Positions 36,476-45,729 of a stretch of DNA of 64,000 nucleotides are shown piece after piece; within the stretch, counting starts at the first letter, position 1, and every line of letters begins with the position of its first letter. The notes beneath the pieces are model-generated. The model was given only the letters and a program-made list of their open reading frames with translations, did not search any database and was not told the origin of the DNA. Source of the stretch: Candidatus Hydrogenedens sp. (GTDB taxonomy: Bacteria > Hydrogenedentota > Hydrogenedentia > Hydrogenedentales > Hydrogenedentaceae). Where the stretch lies: assembly GCA_049968235.1 (NCBI GenBank), contig JBMFRC010000003.1, forward strand, positions 32,001-96,000, in the 5' to 3' direction. The position numbers and the translations under genes are program-made.

Positions 36476-39046
36476 TTATTTCTTTAATCGAGCACTGCTC
36501 ATCATAAATAACAATATACCGATAAATATAAAATCAAACAGATATTTCAATAAGGAATTGTTGTTTAAGGATTTGTTTATACAGCCACAAACATTTGTTG
36601 CTCCAGTTTCTTCCTTACTGATATTTCCATCACCATTCGTATCTATTTGATTAAATATTTCATGGGTTAACCATGGATACACAATACTTAACTCATCCCA
36701 ACTTAACATATTATCGCCGTTCGCATCAAACAATGAAAACCGTTTCTTGAGTATATTCTTTAATTCCTTTAATGTCATTGGACATGTACCCGCAGAAACC
36801 GTAATATTAACTACTGATTCCGGCTCTACCTGAGTTCCTGCGGGTGGATATTGAGTTATGACATTGCCTGTAGCTATGTCATTACTACACTCCTGGGTAA
36901 CATCCCCAACCTTCAGGTTTGCAGATTTTATAACATTTTTTGCAGAATCCTGGTTCATACCAACTACATCCGGAACCACATTTAATCCGACATACTGAGA
37001 CACTAATTGTGGATAAGATTTATTTTCTTTTATATACCATACTTTTTCAAAATCCCAACCATTAAAAGTGGCTTGCTGTTTCATTTTTGCCGTTGTTTTA
37101 CCCGTGCCACCTGCAGAATTTTTTTGTCCGGAAGTCTCTGTGTCCCAATATGAATTACTTACCGTACCGGAATGGTTATATCCCAAAAGCCCCCCAATAT
37201 ACGAAGCCCCGGAAGAATTGGACACAGAACCTGCTGAATAACAATAATTTATTGTGCCTCTATAATTTCCACCTACCAGTCCACCACTGTATAGAACTCC
37301 TGAAACAGACCCTATGGCATAACAGTTGCTAATTTCATTATTATTCTCACCTACCAGACCACCAACATTTATATGTCCCTGAGTTGTAACCTCCGCACAA
37401 CAACTACTTGCCTTACCCGAATTTGAACCTATTGCCCCACCAATAGAACTATATCCTGTTACAGACCCCTCTGCATGACAACCACTTACTGTACCATAAT
37501 TCTGACCTGCTAATATGCCTATAGAAGAAATATTCGTATCCCCGGAAACAGAACCTTTTGCATGGCAATTACTCACAGTACCATAATTTCGTCCTATTAA
37601 TATACCGACGGAAGTGGAAGTAACAGAAAGAGTATTTGTATGTCCTGATACGGAACCTTCTACATAACAATTACTTACTGTGCCATAATTTTGTCCTGCC
37701 AATATACCCACGAAAGAAGAACCCGCGACAATAGCATTTTCTATACTTAAATTTTTAACCACACCTTTCATATCAATATAGCCAAAGAAACCAACATAGT
37801 TTTCAGAAGGACGATTTATCGTTAGACCAACTATTTTATGCCCTTTACCATCAAAATTGCCTTTGAATGGATGCTCTTTATCTGCCCCTATAGGAGGCAA
37901 ATCTATTCCTGCAACATTAATATCATTAATTAATTCATAATCGCCATTCAAAGGATAAATGTCCCCTATCTTTTGCAATTCCCCGACATTATCTACAAGG
38001 ATAGTCCCCGGATTAATATTTCGCAGGAAAGGATATTGATATGGATAGGAATACACATCACTGCTGACATAGATTCTCCAAACTGTTTCAAAATCCCAGC
38101 CCACATAAGTGTTCTTTAATTTCATTTCTTCCGCTGTTTTCCCTGTTCCCCCATCAGAAGCACTCTGTCCGGATGCTATTATGTCCCAGTAACAATTACT
38201 AACATAGCCACTTTCTTTCTTTGCAATAAGCCCGCCTGTTATATGTTCTTCCGTTGAAGTCGCTGTTGACCGAACAGTTCCTCGACAATAACAATTAGTT
38301 ACACCATTTTCATTGCTGTTATTGTAGCCAATAAGTCCCGCAACATAATTCTTCCCTGTAATAGAACTTGAACTGTAACTATTATCAACAGAGCCTATAT
38401 TTTCACCTATCAATCCGCCAACACGATTTATTCCTGTTATAGATGCAAGATTATAACACTGACTTACTGTTCCCAAATTTTGACCCGTAATACCGCCAAC
38501 ATAATCCGTTCCTTTTACCGTTCCGCTGTTAACACAACTCTGTAATACTACACCGAAATTCCGACCGACAATCCCACCAACATTTGAATTACCTTTAATT
38601 GATATATTTTCTAAACGGAGATTATGGACTTTCCCACCAGCATCAACATATCCAAATAATCCAATATCATCCTCATCTCCCCGCGATATAACAAGACCTT
38701 TTATCTTATATCCTTTGCCATTAAAATCACCTGTAAAAGGACTATTAAATGTTCCTATGGGTTTAAACCCCGCTTTATCATTCCAGGTCGATGTGCTACT
38801 TGCGTCAATATCTTCTGTCAATTCATATTCCGCACTTAACGGGTAATTTGCATCATTACCTATTTTCTGTAATTCCTCAATACTGTTTATCTGGATTACA
38901 GTTGCACCATAACTGTTTCCGAAATAGAAACTCATGCAAAAAATAAAAAATAAACAAAAGGGGAAATATATGGTCTTTTTTGAAAAACTTCGATTATTCA
39001 TCAAACAGCTCCTTGTTATTAATAAAATTACATGCAATAAACGCAA
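36476..39046 (-). CDS. Large surface protein with two blocks of GLUG-motif repeats, a PASTA-like domain, a dockerin/EF-hand-like Ca-binding pair and a C-terminal hydrophobic anchor
   Basis: Repeated VGG(I/L)(V/I)GxNxGx(V/I) units (GGIVGRNFGVV, VGGITGQNLGTV, VGGLIGENIGSV, VAGLIGYN...; a second block GILAGQNYGTV, GILIGRNYGTV, GGLVGEN...). PASTA-like VVPDVVGMNQDSAKNVIKSANLKVGDV. DANGDNMLSWDEL and DTNGDGNISKEE. N-terminal signal; C-terminal TM plus KK tail. Confidence 0.6.
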   Translation of the reverse strand: MRLLHVILLITRSCLMNNRSFSKKTIYFPFCLFFIFCMSFYFGNSYGATVIQINSIEELQKIGNDANYPLSAEYELTEDIDASSTSTWNDKAGFKPIGTFNSPFTGDFNGKGYKIKGLVISRGDEDDIGLFGYVDAGGKVHNLRLENISIKGNSNVGGIVGRNFGVVLQSCVNSGTVKGTDYVGGITGQNLGTVSQCYNLASITGINRVGGLIGENIGSVDNSYSSSSITGKNYVAGLIGYNNSNENGVTNCYCRGTVRSTATSTEEHITGGLIAKKESGYVSNCYWDIIASGQSASDGGTGKTAEEMKLKNTYVGWDFETVWRIYVSSDVYSYPYQYPFLRNINPGTILVDNVGELQKIGDIYPLNGDYELINDINVAGIDLPPIGADKEHPFKGNFDGKGHKIVGLTINRPSENYVGFFGYIDMKGVVKNLSIENAIVAGSSFVGILAGQNYGTVSNCYVEGSVSGHTNTLSVTSTSVGILIGRNYGTVSNCHAKGSVSGDTNISSIGILAGQNYGTVSGCHAEGSVTGYSSIGGAIGSNSGKASSCCAEVTTQGHINVGGLVGENNNEISNCYAIGSVSGVLYSGGLVGGNYRGTINYCYSAGSVSNSSGASYIGGLLGYNHSGTVSNSYWDTETSGQKNSAGGTGKTTAKMKQQATFNGWDFEKVWYIKENKSYPQLVSQYVGLNVVPDVVGMNQDSAKNVIKSANLKVGDVTQECSNDIATGNVITQYPPAGTQVEPESVVNITVSAGTCPMTLKELKNILKKRFSLFDANGDNMLSWDELSIVYPWLTHEIFNQIDTNGDGNISKEETGATNVCGCINKSLNNNSLLKYLFDFIFIGILLFMMSSARLKK

Positions 39047-39534
39047 TCAAATACATAGCTCTATTTCGCAATATATCTCTTTTAATTTATAAAATATCTT
39101 GTTGCCTCGGACTATCTTTGTATTTTAATAAGAAAGAGGCAATCCGCTTAAAATTTAAAGAAATACTATCATAGTATTATTGAATAATATAATTCTATTT
39201 TCAACATTTTAGAGTGATAATGAAATGTTAAAACAAACAAAATATTAACGGCATCTTTTGTGTCTCCGCTGACTGAATATAAAAAGATGAGCAAATAAGA
39301 AAAAGTTGTATTGTTTATAAGATAAAATCATTACGCATGTTATAAACGGTATTGTTATTTTATAATATAATTCCCGCTGTTCGTTGATAATACTATGATT
39401 ATTTCATACATGCTATTACCATACGGTCATTGGGAAAGATAGTTCAGGTTGCAATTTGATAATCACATAGAATTGAAATTACACTTATTACAGATTTTTT
39501 GTGTTCTGGAAAGTTAAATATAAGGAATGGGAAA

Positions 39535-40578
39535 ATGAAAAATGTATTGTTGCACATCTTCTTTATCTTGATTTTATCCTGTATTGCGACAGCACAAAAT
39601 ACGGATGTAGGAAATGCATCAGGCACAACACCTCCAGGGTCAGAAACGGAATTAAAAATAGGGTTAATAGGACTGGATACTTCCCATGTCATTGCTTTTA
39701 CGCGATTATTTAATGACCCTAATAATCCGAAACATATTCCCGGTGCCAGAGTAACATTGGGGTATCGTGGAGGCAGTCCGGATTTAGAAGCGAGTTATAC
39801 ACGTGTGGATGGCTTTACGGAACGATTAAAAAAAGAATATGGCGTAGAAATTGTAAATACTATTGAAGAACTCTGTTCTCGTGTGGATGCTGTTATGTTG
39901 ACCAGTGTTGACGGTAGGGTGCATTTAGAACAAGTAAAACCTGTGTTTCAAGCCAAAAAACGGGTATTCATTGATAAACCATTGGCAGGTTCTTTGATAG
40001 ATGTCATAAAAATTGCACGGTTAGCGAAAGAAAATGATATTCCATGGTTTTCCAGTTCCTCCTATCGCTATTATTCCAGTTTAACAAAGTTACGCCAGCA
40101 GGACGTGGGTCCCATTCATACAGTTATTTCGTATGGACCCTGCCATTTAGAACCTCATCACCCTGATTTGTTCTGGTATGGTATACACCCTGCTGAAGCA
40201 TTGTACACCGTCATGGGAAGAGGTTGTGAAACCGTATCCCGTGTTAGCACAGCCGATACCGATGTGGTTACAGGTGTGTGGAAAGATGGGCGTGTTGGTA
40301 TTCTCGTTGGACTGAGAAAAGGACCTTTACCTCATCAGGTTATTGCTTTCGGTGAGAATGGAACTGCCTATCAGGAAGAAGGGGGCGATTATGCGGAATT
40401 GGCACAGGAAGTAATTAAATTTTTTAAATCAGGGGTGCCTCCTATCACACCGAAAGAAACCATCGAAATTTTTGCTTTCCTGGAATCTGCAGATGAAAGT
40501 AAACGACAAGAAGGCAAACCAGTACGATTGGAAGAAGTTATTGCAAATGCGGAAAAACAAATCGCCGAAGGCAAATAA
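39535..40578 (+). CDS. Secreted Rossmann-fold oxidoreductase (Gfo/Idh/MocA-like)
   Basis: Signal peptide MKNVLLHIFFILILSCIATAQ, then KIGLIGLDTSHVIAF. The ORF-track start at 39499 is probably too early. Confidence 0.5.
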   Translation: MKNVLLHIFFILILSCIATAQNTDVGNASGTTPPGSETELKIGLIGLDTSHVIAFTRLFNDPNNPKHIPGARVTLGYRGGSPDLEASYTRVDGFTERLKKEYGVEIVNTIEELCSRVDAVMLTSVDGRVHLEQVKPVFQAKKRVFIDKPLAGSLIDVIKIARLAKENDIPWFSSSSYRYYSSLTKLRQQDVGPIHTVISYGPCHLEPHHPDLFWYGIHPAEALYTVMGRGCETVSRVSTADTDVVTGVWKDGRVGILVGLRKGPLPHQVIAFGENGTAYQEEGGDYAELAQEVIKFFKSGVPPITPKETIEIFAFLESADESKRQEGKPVRLEEVIANAEKQIAEGK

Positions 40579-40620
40579 TACAAAAGAATACTTCTTTAGA
40601 TTTTAATAAATATTGTTAAA

Positions 40621-42987
40621 ATGTTTTTCCACCGTCATTGGGTAATTATCTGTGTAGGGTTTGTATGTGGTGCTTTCTTTGCCAAAATACAATGGATAAC
40701 ATGGGCGTTATTACCTGTTATTATCAGTATCATTGTCATTTTTCTTTTAATAAATTATCAGAAGAGAATACGATATGCAGAAAATATCGGGATTTTTCTG
40801 TTTTCCTTCATTATTGGTTCGTTATCTTATTTATTACACCCCTATCCTCAGGAAGGGGATGATTTTTTCGTATGGTTGAGACAGCAACAACCTAATATAT
40901 ATGTTGAAGTTGAAGGATATGTAACAGAAAATACGCTTTTTGACCCTATCAATAAACAAATTCGCTTTGTGATTAATATCTCAAAGGTAAAAGAAAAAAA
41001 TACATGGAAAAATATAAAGGGGAAAGCCCTTGTTTTATACAAAGATGCTCAATCTCCCATCTATACACATACCCGGCTTCGGTTATCCGGGAAAACTTCT
41101 CTATATTTAAGTCCAGTAAATGAAATATTAAGTGATTATGAAACCTATCTTCGTTCCCATAGAATTTATTCATTAATTTTTGTATATGCACCGCAAATAC
41201 AAACAATACATACTTACACATTTTCTCCATTTTATCACATATCCCGATTGCAACAATATTTTTATGAACGAATAATTCAATATACACCTACTTCCATCAG
41301 GGATATGACAAGAGCTATTTGGTTGGGAGACCGAAGTGGTCTGGATTATAAGGAAGAACAGAACTTTATGCTCACAGGAACCATACATATCATTGCTATT
41401 TCAGGACTGCATATCGGTCTGGTATTCTGGTTTACTCAGGTTGCGATACGGGCAATTTTCAAAACAAGGAGGCGATTGGCAGATATACCTGCCCTATTGT
41501 TATGTGTTTTTTATGCACTGATAAGTGGTGCTCATGGCTCTTCTTTGAGAGCAATCCTTATGCTGTTAATTTATGAGTTGTATGTGTTTAGTAGAAGAAA
41601 TGCGGATATTCTAACAACTCTTTCTATAACAGCAACACTACTTTTTCTCTGGAGCACAGATCTCATCTGGGATATAGGGACAGAAATGTCCATATTAGCA
41701 GTTGTTTCCATCATATTATTCAACGAACCCATCTCAAAACTATTACGCATCTTCCCATGGACAATCCGTTCCTATTTTTCGGCGATTATATCTGCACAGA
41801 TACTTTTACTGCCTTTACTTATTACAATAAACTCACAAATAAATGCTTTAAACCCTGTATATAATCTTTTTGTTGTTCCGTCAATTACACTTTATTTAAT
41901 GACCAGCATTTGTGGATTGGCTTTTATTTTTATTCCATTTTTACCGACTTTATTTTTCTACGCAAGTGGAGTATTTTTAATCTTCATTCAATCGTTATGT
42001 AAATGGGGTAGTTCTTTTTCCTATACTTTGTTTGCCATTCCCCATCTATCCTATTTCGGAATCTTCCTTTACTTTATCCTTTGCATGTTCCTTTATCGCT
42101 GGCTTATTAAACAAAAACGAAAAGAGTTTTTGATATTCATTGCAGGATGTGTCGTGTTATTCTTTTTCTGGAGGGGTATCCCGTTTTATAGAGAAACGAC
42201 TGTGCATATACTCGATGTAGGACATGGTGATGCTATACTTATCTCAACCGCAGAGAAAGAGAATATCCTTGTGGACGGGGGAACCCCATTTATGGGAGAA
42301 CGAGTTGTGCTTCCTTTTCTGTTTGCAAAAGGAATACGGACATTGGATTATGTCATCGCAACACATGCAGACGAAGACCATATAGGGGGGCTATTTAACG
42401 TTATAGACAAACTGCGTGTTCGACATTTTATTTATGGTGAAGGGTTTTTAAACACCGAACCCGGTAGTAAGATTATAAAAAAAGCCATGTCCCGCGGTAT
42501 TAACCTTATAAAAACTGAAAAAGGACAACAAATAAAATTGAGAAAGAGTTTTTTAAATGTTCTTTATGCGGGTAGAACTTACTACAATGAGACCAACGAA
42601 AATTCACTTGTCTTGAAATTTGTAAATTATCGTTTTTCCATATTGCTAACAGGGGATTTTCCTGCCCACTTGACAAATAAGGAACTTGCCTCTGCCGATT
42701 GTTCTACAACAATCATAAAAATAGCCCATCATGGTTTGAAGAATTCACTAAATCAGGATTTATTGGAGAAATCACACCCCGAGATTGCCGTTGTCTCTGT
42801 TAATGAATTCCAACGCAATTGGGGTGTGCGGAAGGAAATTAAAGACCTGCTACAACAATACCAAATTCCACTCTGGCGAACAGATTACTATGGAGGAATT
42901 ATTATACGAACGGATGGGAACAAAATAAATCTCTATGGGGCAAGACAGAAAAAAGGATACCTTCTCAGAAAAGAAACTTGTTTTTAA
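40621..42987 (+). CDS. comEC: DNA internalisation competence protein ComEC/Rec2 (with C-terminal metallo-beta-lactamase domain)
   Basis: Polytopic competence domain, then HILDVGHGDAILIS...ATHADEDHIGG MBL motifs. 788 aa. Confidence 0.8.
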   Translation: MFFHRHWVIICVGFVCGAFFAKIQWITWALLPVIISIIVIFLLINYQKRIRYAENIGIFLFSFIIGSLSYLLHPYPQEGDDFFVWLRQQQPNIYVEVEGYVTENTLFDPINKQIRFVINISKVKEKNTWKNIKGKALVLYKDAQSPIYTHTRLRLSGKTSLYLSPVNEILSDYETYLRSHRIYSLIFVYAPQIQTIHTYTFSPFYHISRLQQYFYERIIQYTPTSIRDMTRAIWLGDRSGLDYKEEQNFMLTGTIHIIAISGLHIGLVFWFTQVAIRAIFKTRRRLADIPALLLCVFYALISGAHGSSLRAILMLLIYELYVFSRRNADILTTLSITATLLFLWSTDLIWDIGTEMSILAVVSIILFNEPISKLLRIFPWTIRSYFSAIISAQILLLPLLITINSQINALNPVYNLFVVPSITLYLMTSICGLAFIFIPFLPTLFFYASGVFLIFIQSLCKWGSSFSYTLFAIPHLSYFGIFLYFILCMFLYRWLIKQKRKEFLIFIAGCVVLFFFWRGIPFYRETTVHILDVGHGDAILISTAEKENILVDGGTPFMGERVVLPFLFAKGIRTLDYVIATHADEDHIGGLFNVIDKLRVRHFIYGEGFLNTEPGSKIIKKAMSRGINLIKTEKGQQIKLRKSFLNVLYAGRTYYNETNENSLVLKFVNYRFSILLTGDFPAHLTNKELASADCSTTIIKIAHHGLKNSLNQDLLEKSHPEIAVVSVNEFQRNWGVRKEIKDLLQQYQIPLWRTDYYGGIIIRTDGNKINLYGARQKKGYLLRKETCF

Positions 42988-43072
42988 TACACTTCGTATT
43001 CAAAAACTTATTATTCAAACATAACTCTTCTTTTTTCCCTACCTATTTCTTTATTACAAACTGTCCCATAGT

Positions 43073-43423
43073 CTAATCATTCTTTGCATCATATTTCTTT
43101 TCCAAAAATTTGTTTTTAAAATAAATCAAAGACAAAATGGGATGATACAAGAACATTCTGGGTCCGGAAAACCGCATTACTGTTTTAATACGCTCTTTAT
43201 GTTTCTTATCATAACAGTGGATATGGCAATTCTTGCAGGTAGGTTTATCTGGCATGAGAGGACATTTCTCAATACGTTTATAAGCATACTCTAAAAGTTC
43301 ATGGCACTCTCCACACACAGGATTTATATGATGAAACTTGCAATAAATTTCTATCATGCTTTTGATAGTTTTTTTCTCAAACTTTTCTCTACGAAGGTTC
43401 TTTCTATTTTCTTTTTTTCTCAT
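43073..43423 (-). CDS. Nitrous-oxide-stimulated-promoter (YgbA-like) family cysteine-rich protein
   Basis: IKSMIEIYCKFHH...CGECHELLEYAYKRIEKCPL...KPTCKNCHIHCY...RFSGPRM matches the YgbA family pattern. Confidence 0.55.
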   Translation of the reverse strand: MRKKENRKNLRREKFEKKTIKSMIEIYCKFHHINPVCGECHELLEYAYKRIEKCPLMPDKPTCKNCHIHCYDKKHKERIKTVMRFSGPRMFLYHPILSLIYFKNKFLEKKYDAKND

Positions 43424-43453
43424 TAGGGGTTAGTCCTTCCTTTTTATCGAGCC

Positions 43454-43470
43454 TGTCAGACCTGTCGGAG
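43454..43470. repeat. Dispersed intergenic motif, copy 2
   Basis: TGTCAGACCTGTCGGAG, lying between the M48 stop and the ygbA-like start. Confidence 0.4.
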
Positions 43471-43471
43471 G

Positions 43472-44848
43472 CTACACCGTATAAACTGCTTTACAACGGG
43501 GACATATTACCTTCCTATTGTAACCCGGTGGGACTTTCAACGTTACTCCGCATTTACAGTTAAGGAAGGTATATTTCTGTGCCTTCATTATAGCATCACC
43601 ACTTAGACGTGCATTTTGAAGAGGTGTGGTAGAAACCTGCGACATGGTTGTCGTTGCGCTAGAAAGCGGATTTGCAGGAGGAGTAATAGCCCCTTTTGTC
43701 CATTTCTTCCCTTCGACTTCCTGCCATGCTTGTTCATAAGTAAGAAAAGGGCTTCTGGCAATATTTCGTAATATTTGTATCCGTCTTTGTAATGGTGGAT
43801 GTGTGCTAAAAATAGATGATGCATCGAGGTTCCGCGTCTCTAATGGATTTACGATATAAAGAGGGGCAATTATCTGGTTTACATCTGTAGCAGGTTGTTT
43901 TTGATAACGTTTTGCAATTGTTTCGAGAGCCGAAGCCAGTCCTTCCGGATTGCGTGTAAATACAACCGCTCCTGCATCGGCTAAGTATTCCCGCTGACGA
44001 GAACAGGCAAAATAAATAATTTGAGCAAGGAATGGTGCTATTAGTGATAGTAGTAGAGCAAAGATATAGACCAATATCAAAAATAGGATAATCCCACTTG
44101 TCTCCTTTCGATTGCGTCCACTATACCGTGCGGAACCATGAATCCCTGCTCCAACAATTTCACGCAGTCCCACAACCAGCAAAATAATAGTGCCGAGTGA
44201 TACCGCAAGCATGGTCATGTACAATGTGTCGCGGTGTGTAATATGACTAATTTCATGAGCAATAACACCCTGTATCTGGTCCCGGTTCATCGTGTTTAGC
44301 AATCCGCGGGTTACCGCAACAGCAGAATGTTCCGGCGACCGACCTGTTGCAAAGGCATTTATAGATGGGTCATCAATTACATATATCTCCGGCATCGCAG
44401 GAAGTCGCGAAGCAATTTTCATCTCCTCAACGATATTATATAACTGAGGATGGTCTACCTTTTCAATTTTAACAGCATTGCTGATGGATAAAAGCATATT
44501 TCCGCCGGAGTAGTAAGCAAACAACATTTGTATAAACCAGATTACAAATGCAACCAGAGCCCCGAGAGGTCCCCAATACAACCAGATAAAATACTGGACC
44601 TGCTCGTAAGTCAAATGATTTTCTTCAGACAGACGAGGAGAGTAATGATTGGGTGAGGAGTAAGGAGCGTATTGTTGGGTAGGATTATTTATTATCCTGT
44701 CATTGGCAAAGGCATAGGGTTCCGAGAAGTAATAGAAAACAAAAGCGAGAAACGAGCCAATAACATAGCCTATTAACAGCATGAAAATAAGCATAAGAAT
44801 GGCAAGTAAAATAGAACGGCGTTTGTTTTGACGGATAAGTTCAAACAT
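43472..44848 (-). CDS. M48-family zinc metalloprotease (HtpX-like) with C-terminal zinc-ribbon
   Basis: HEISHITHRD (HExxH), TM helices, and a C-terminal CKCG...CPRC ribbon. Adjacent to lemA. Confidence 0.75.
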   Translation of the reverse strand: MFELIRQNKRRSILLAILMLIFMLLIGYVIGSFLAFVFYYFSEPYAFANDRIINNPTQQYAPYSSPNHYSPRLSEENHLTYEQVQYFIWLYWGPLGALVAFVIWFIQMLFAYYSGGNMLLSISNAVKIEKVDHPQLYNIVEEMKIASRLPAMPEIYVIDDPSINAFATGRSPEHSAVAVTRGLLNTMNRDQIQGVIAHEISHITHRDTLYMTMLAVSLGTIILLVVGLREIVGAGIHGSARYSGRNRKETSGIILFLILVYIFALLLSLIAPFLAQIIYFACSRQREYLADAGAVVFTRNPEGLASALETIAKRYQKQPATDVNQIIAPLYIVNPLETRNLDASSIFSTHPPLQRRIQILRNIARSPFLTYEQAWQEVEGKKWTKGAITPPANPLSSATTTMSQVSTTPLQNARLSGDAIMKAQKYTFLNCKCGVTLKVPPGYNRKVICPRCKAVYTV

Positions 44849-44878
44849 CGTTGAATTTTATATCCTTGAGTGGTGTTA

Positions 44879-45439
44879 TTAAAACGATACTTTTGGCACA
44901 GCCCGTTCTGCAATATTCTCCAGTTCAAAGAAACTTTGTTCTTTAAATCCGAACATAGTACCCACAATATTTGTCGGGAACATCTGCATCACATTATTAA
45001 AATTCATTACCGTATCATTATATGCCTGACGGGCAAAAGAGATTCGGTTCTCTGTAGAAGTAAGTTCTTCCTGCAAGGCAAGGAAATTCTGGTTCGCTTT
45101 CAGGTCAGGATAATTTTCTACTACAACAAAGAAATTATGTAACGCCTGTGTTAGTTGTTGTTCCGCTTGAGCCCGCTCATTAACAGAACCCGGCTTCATT
45201 GCAAGATTGCGTGCCTGAGTTATGTTTTCCAGTGTTGCCCGTTCATGTTGCATATAACCTTTAACCGTTTCTACCAGATTGGGAATAAGGTCATGTCTGC
45301 GTTTTAACTGCACATCAATTTGTGACCATGCATTTTTCACCTCATTTAGCAATCGAACCAGTCGATTATATGTGCTGATGAAAAATAACACTAACAGTAC
45401 GATAAATACCAGAACAGCGATTAGTATTCCTATTGTCAT
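44879..45439 (-). CDS. lemA: LemA family protein
   Basis: N-terminal TM helix plus the LemA core (YNRLVRLLNEVKNAWSQIDVQLKRRHDLIPNLVETVKGY). SD AGGAG. Confidence 0.8.
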   Translation of the reverse strand: MTIGILIAVLVFIVLLVLFFISTYNRLVRLLNEVKNAWSQIDVQLKRRHDLIPNLVETVKGYMQHERATLENITQARNLAMKPGSVNERAQAEQQLTQALHNFFVVVENYPDLKANQNFLALQEELTSTENRISFARQAYNDTVMNFNNVMQMFPTNIVGTMFGFKEQSFFELENIAERAVPKVSF

Positions 45440-45534
45440 AGTTCGTTTCTCCTATTTATGGTCTAAAATCTATAACAGACCGTTTTGTTAATAGTAACAT
45501 AGTTAACAACATAAGCAAAAAAATAGAGGTGTTC

Positions 45535-45560
45535 TGTCGGATTTGTCGGATTCGTCTGAG
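45535..45560. repeat. Dispersed intergenic motif, copy 3 (three tandem 9-mers)
   Basis: TGTCGGATTTGTCGGATTCGTCTGAG in the lemA/cydA divergent intergenic region. Confidence 0.45.
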
Positions 45561-45729
45561 TTATTTAAATTTAAAAGAATAAAATAACTCTTACTCTTGT
45601 TCCTCTTTATGTATAAAAGAAATTTTCACCAATTCCTTCCGTGAGGGTTGGATAATTGATAGAAACGAAACAATATAAATATTATAATGGTAAAATAAGT
45701 AATGCAATAATATACAGGAGTATTTATCT

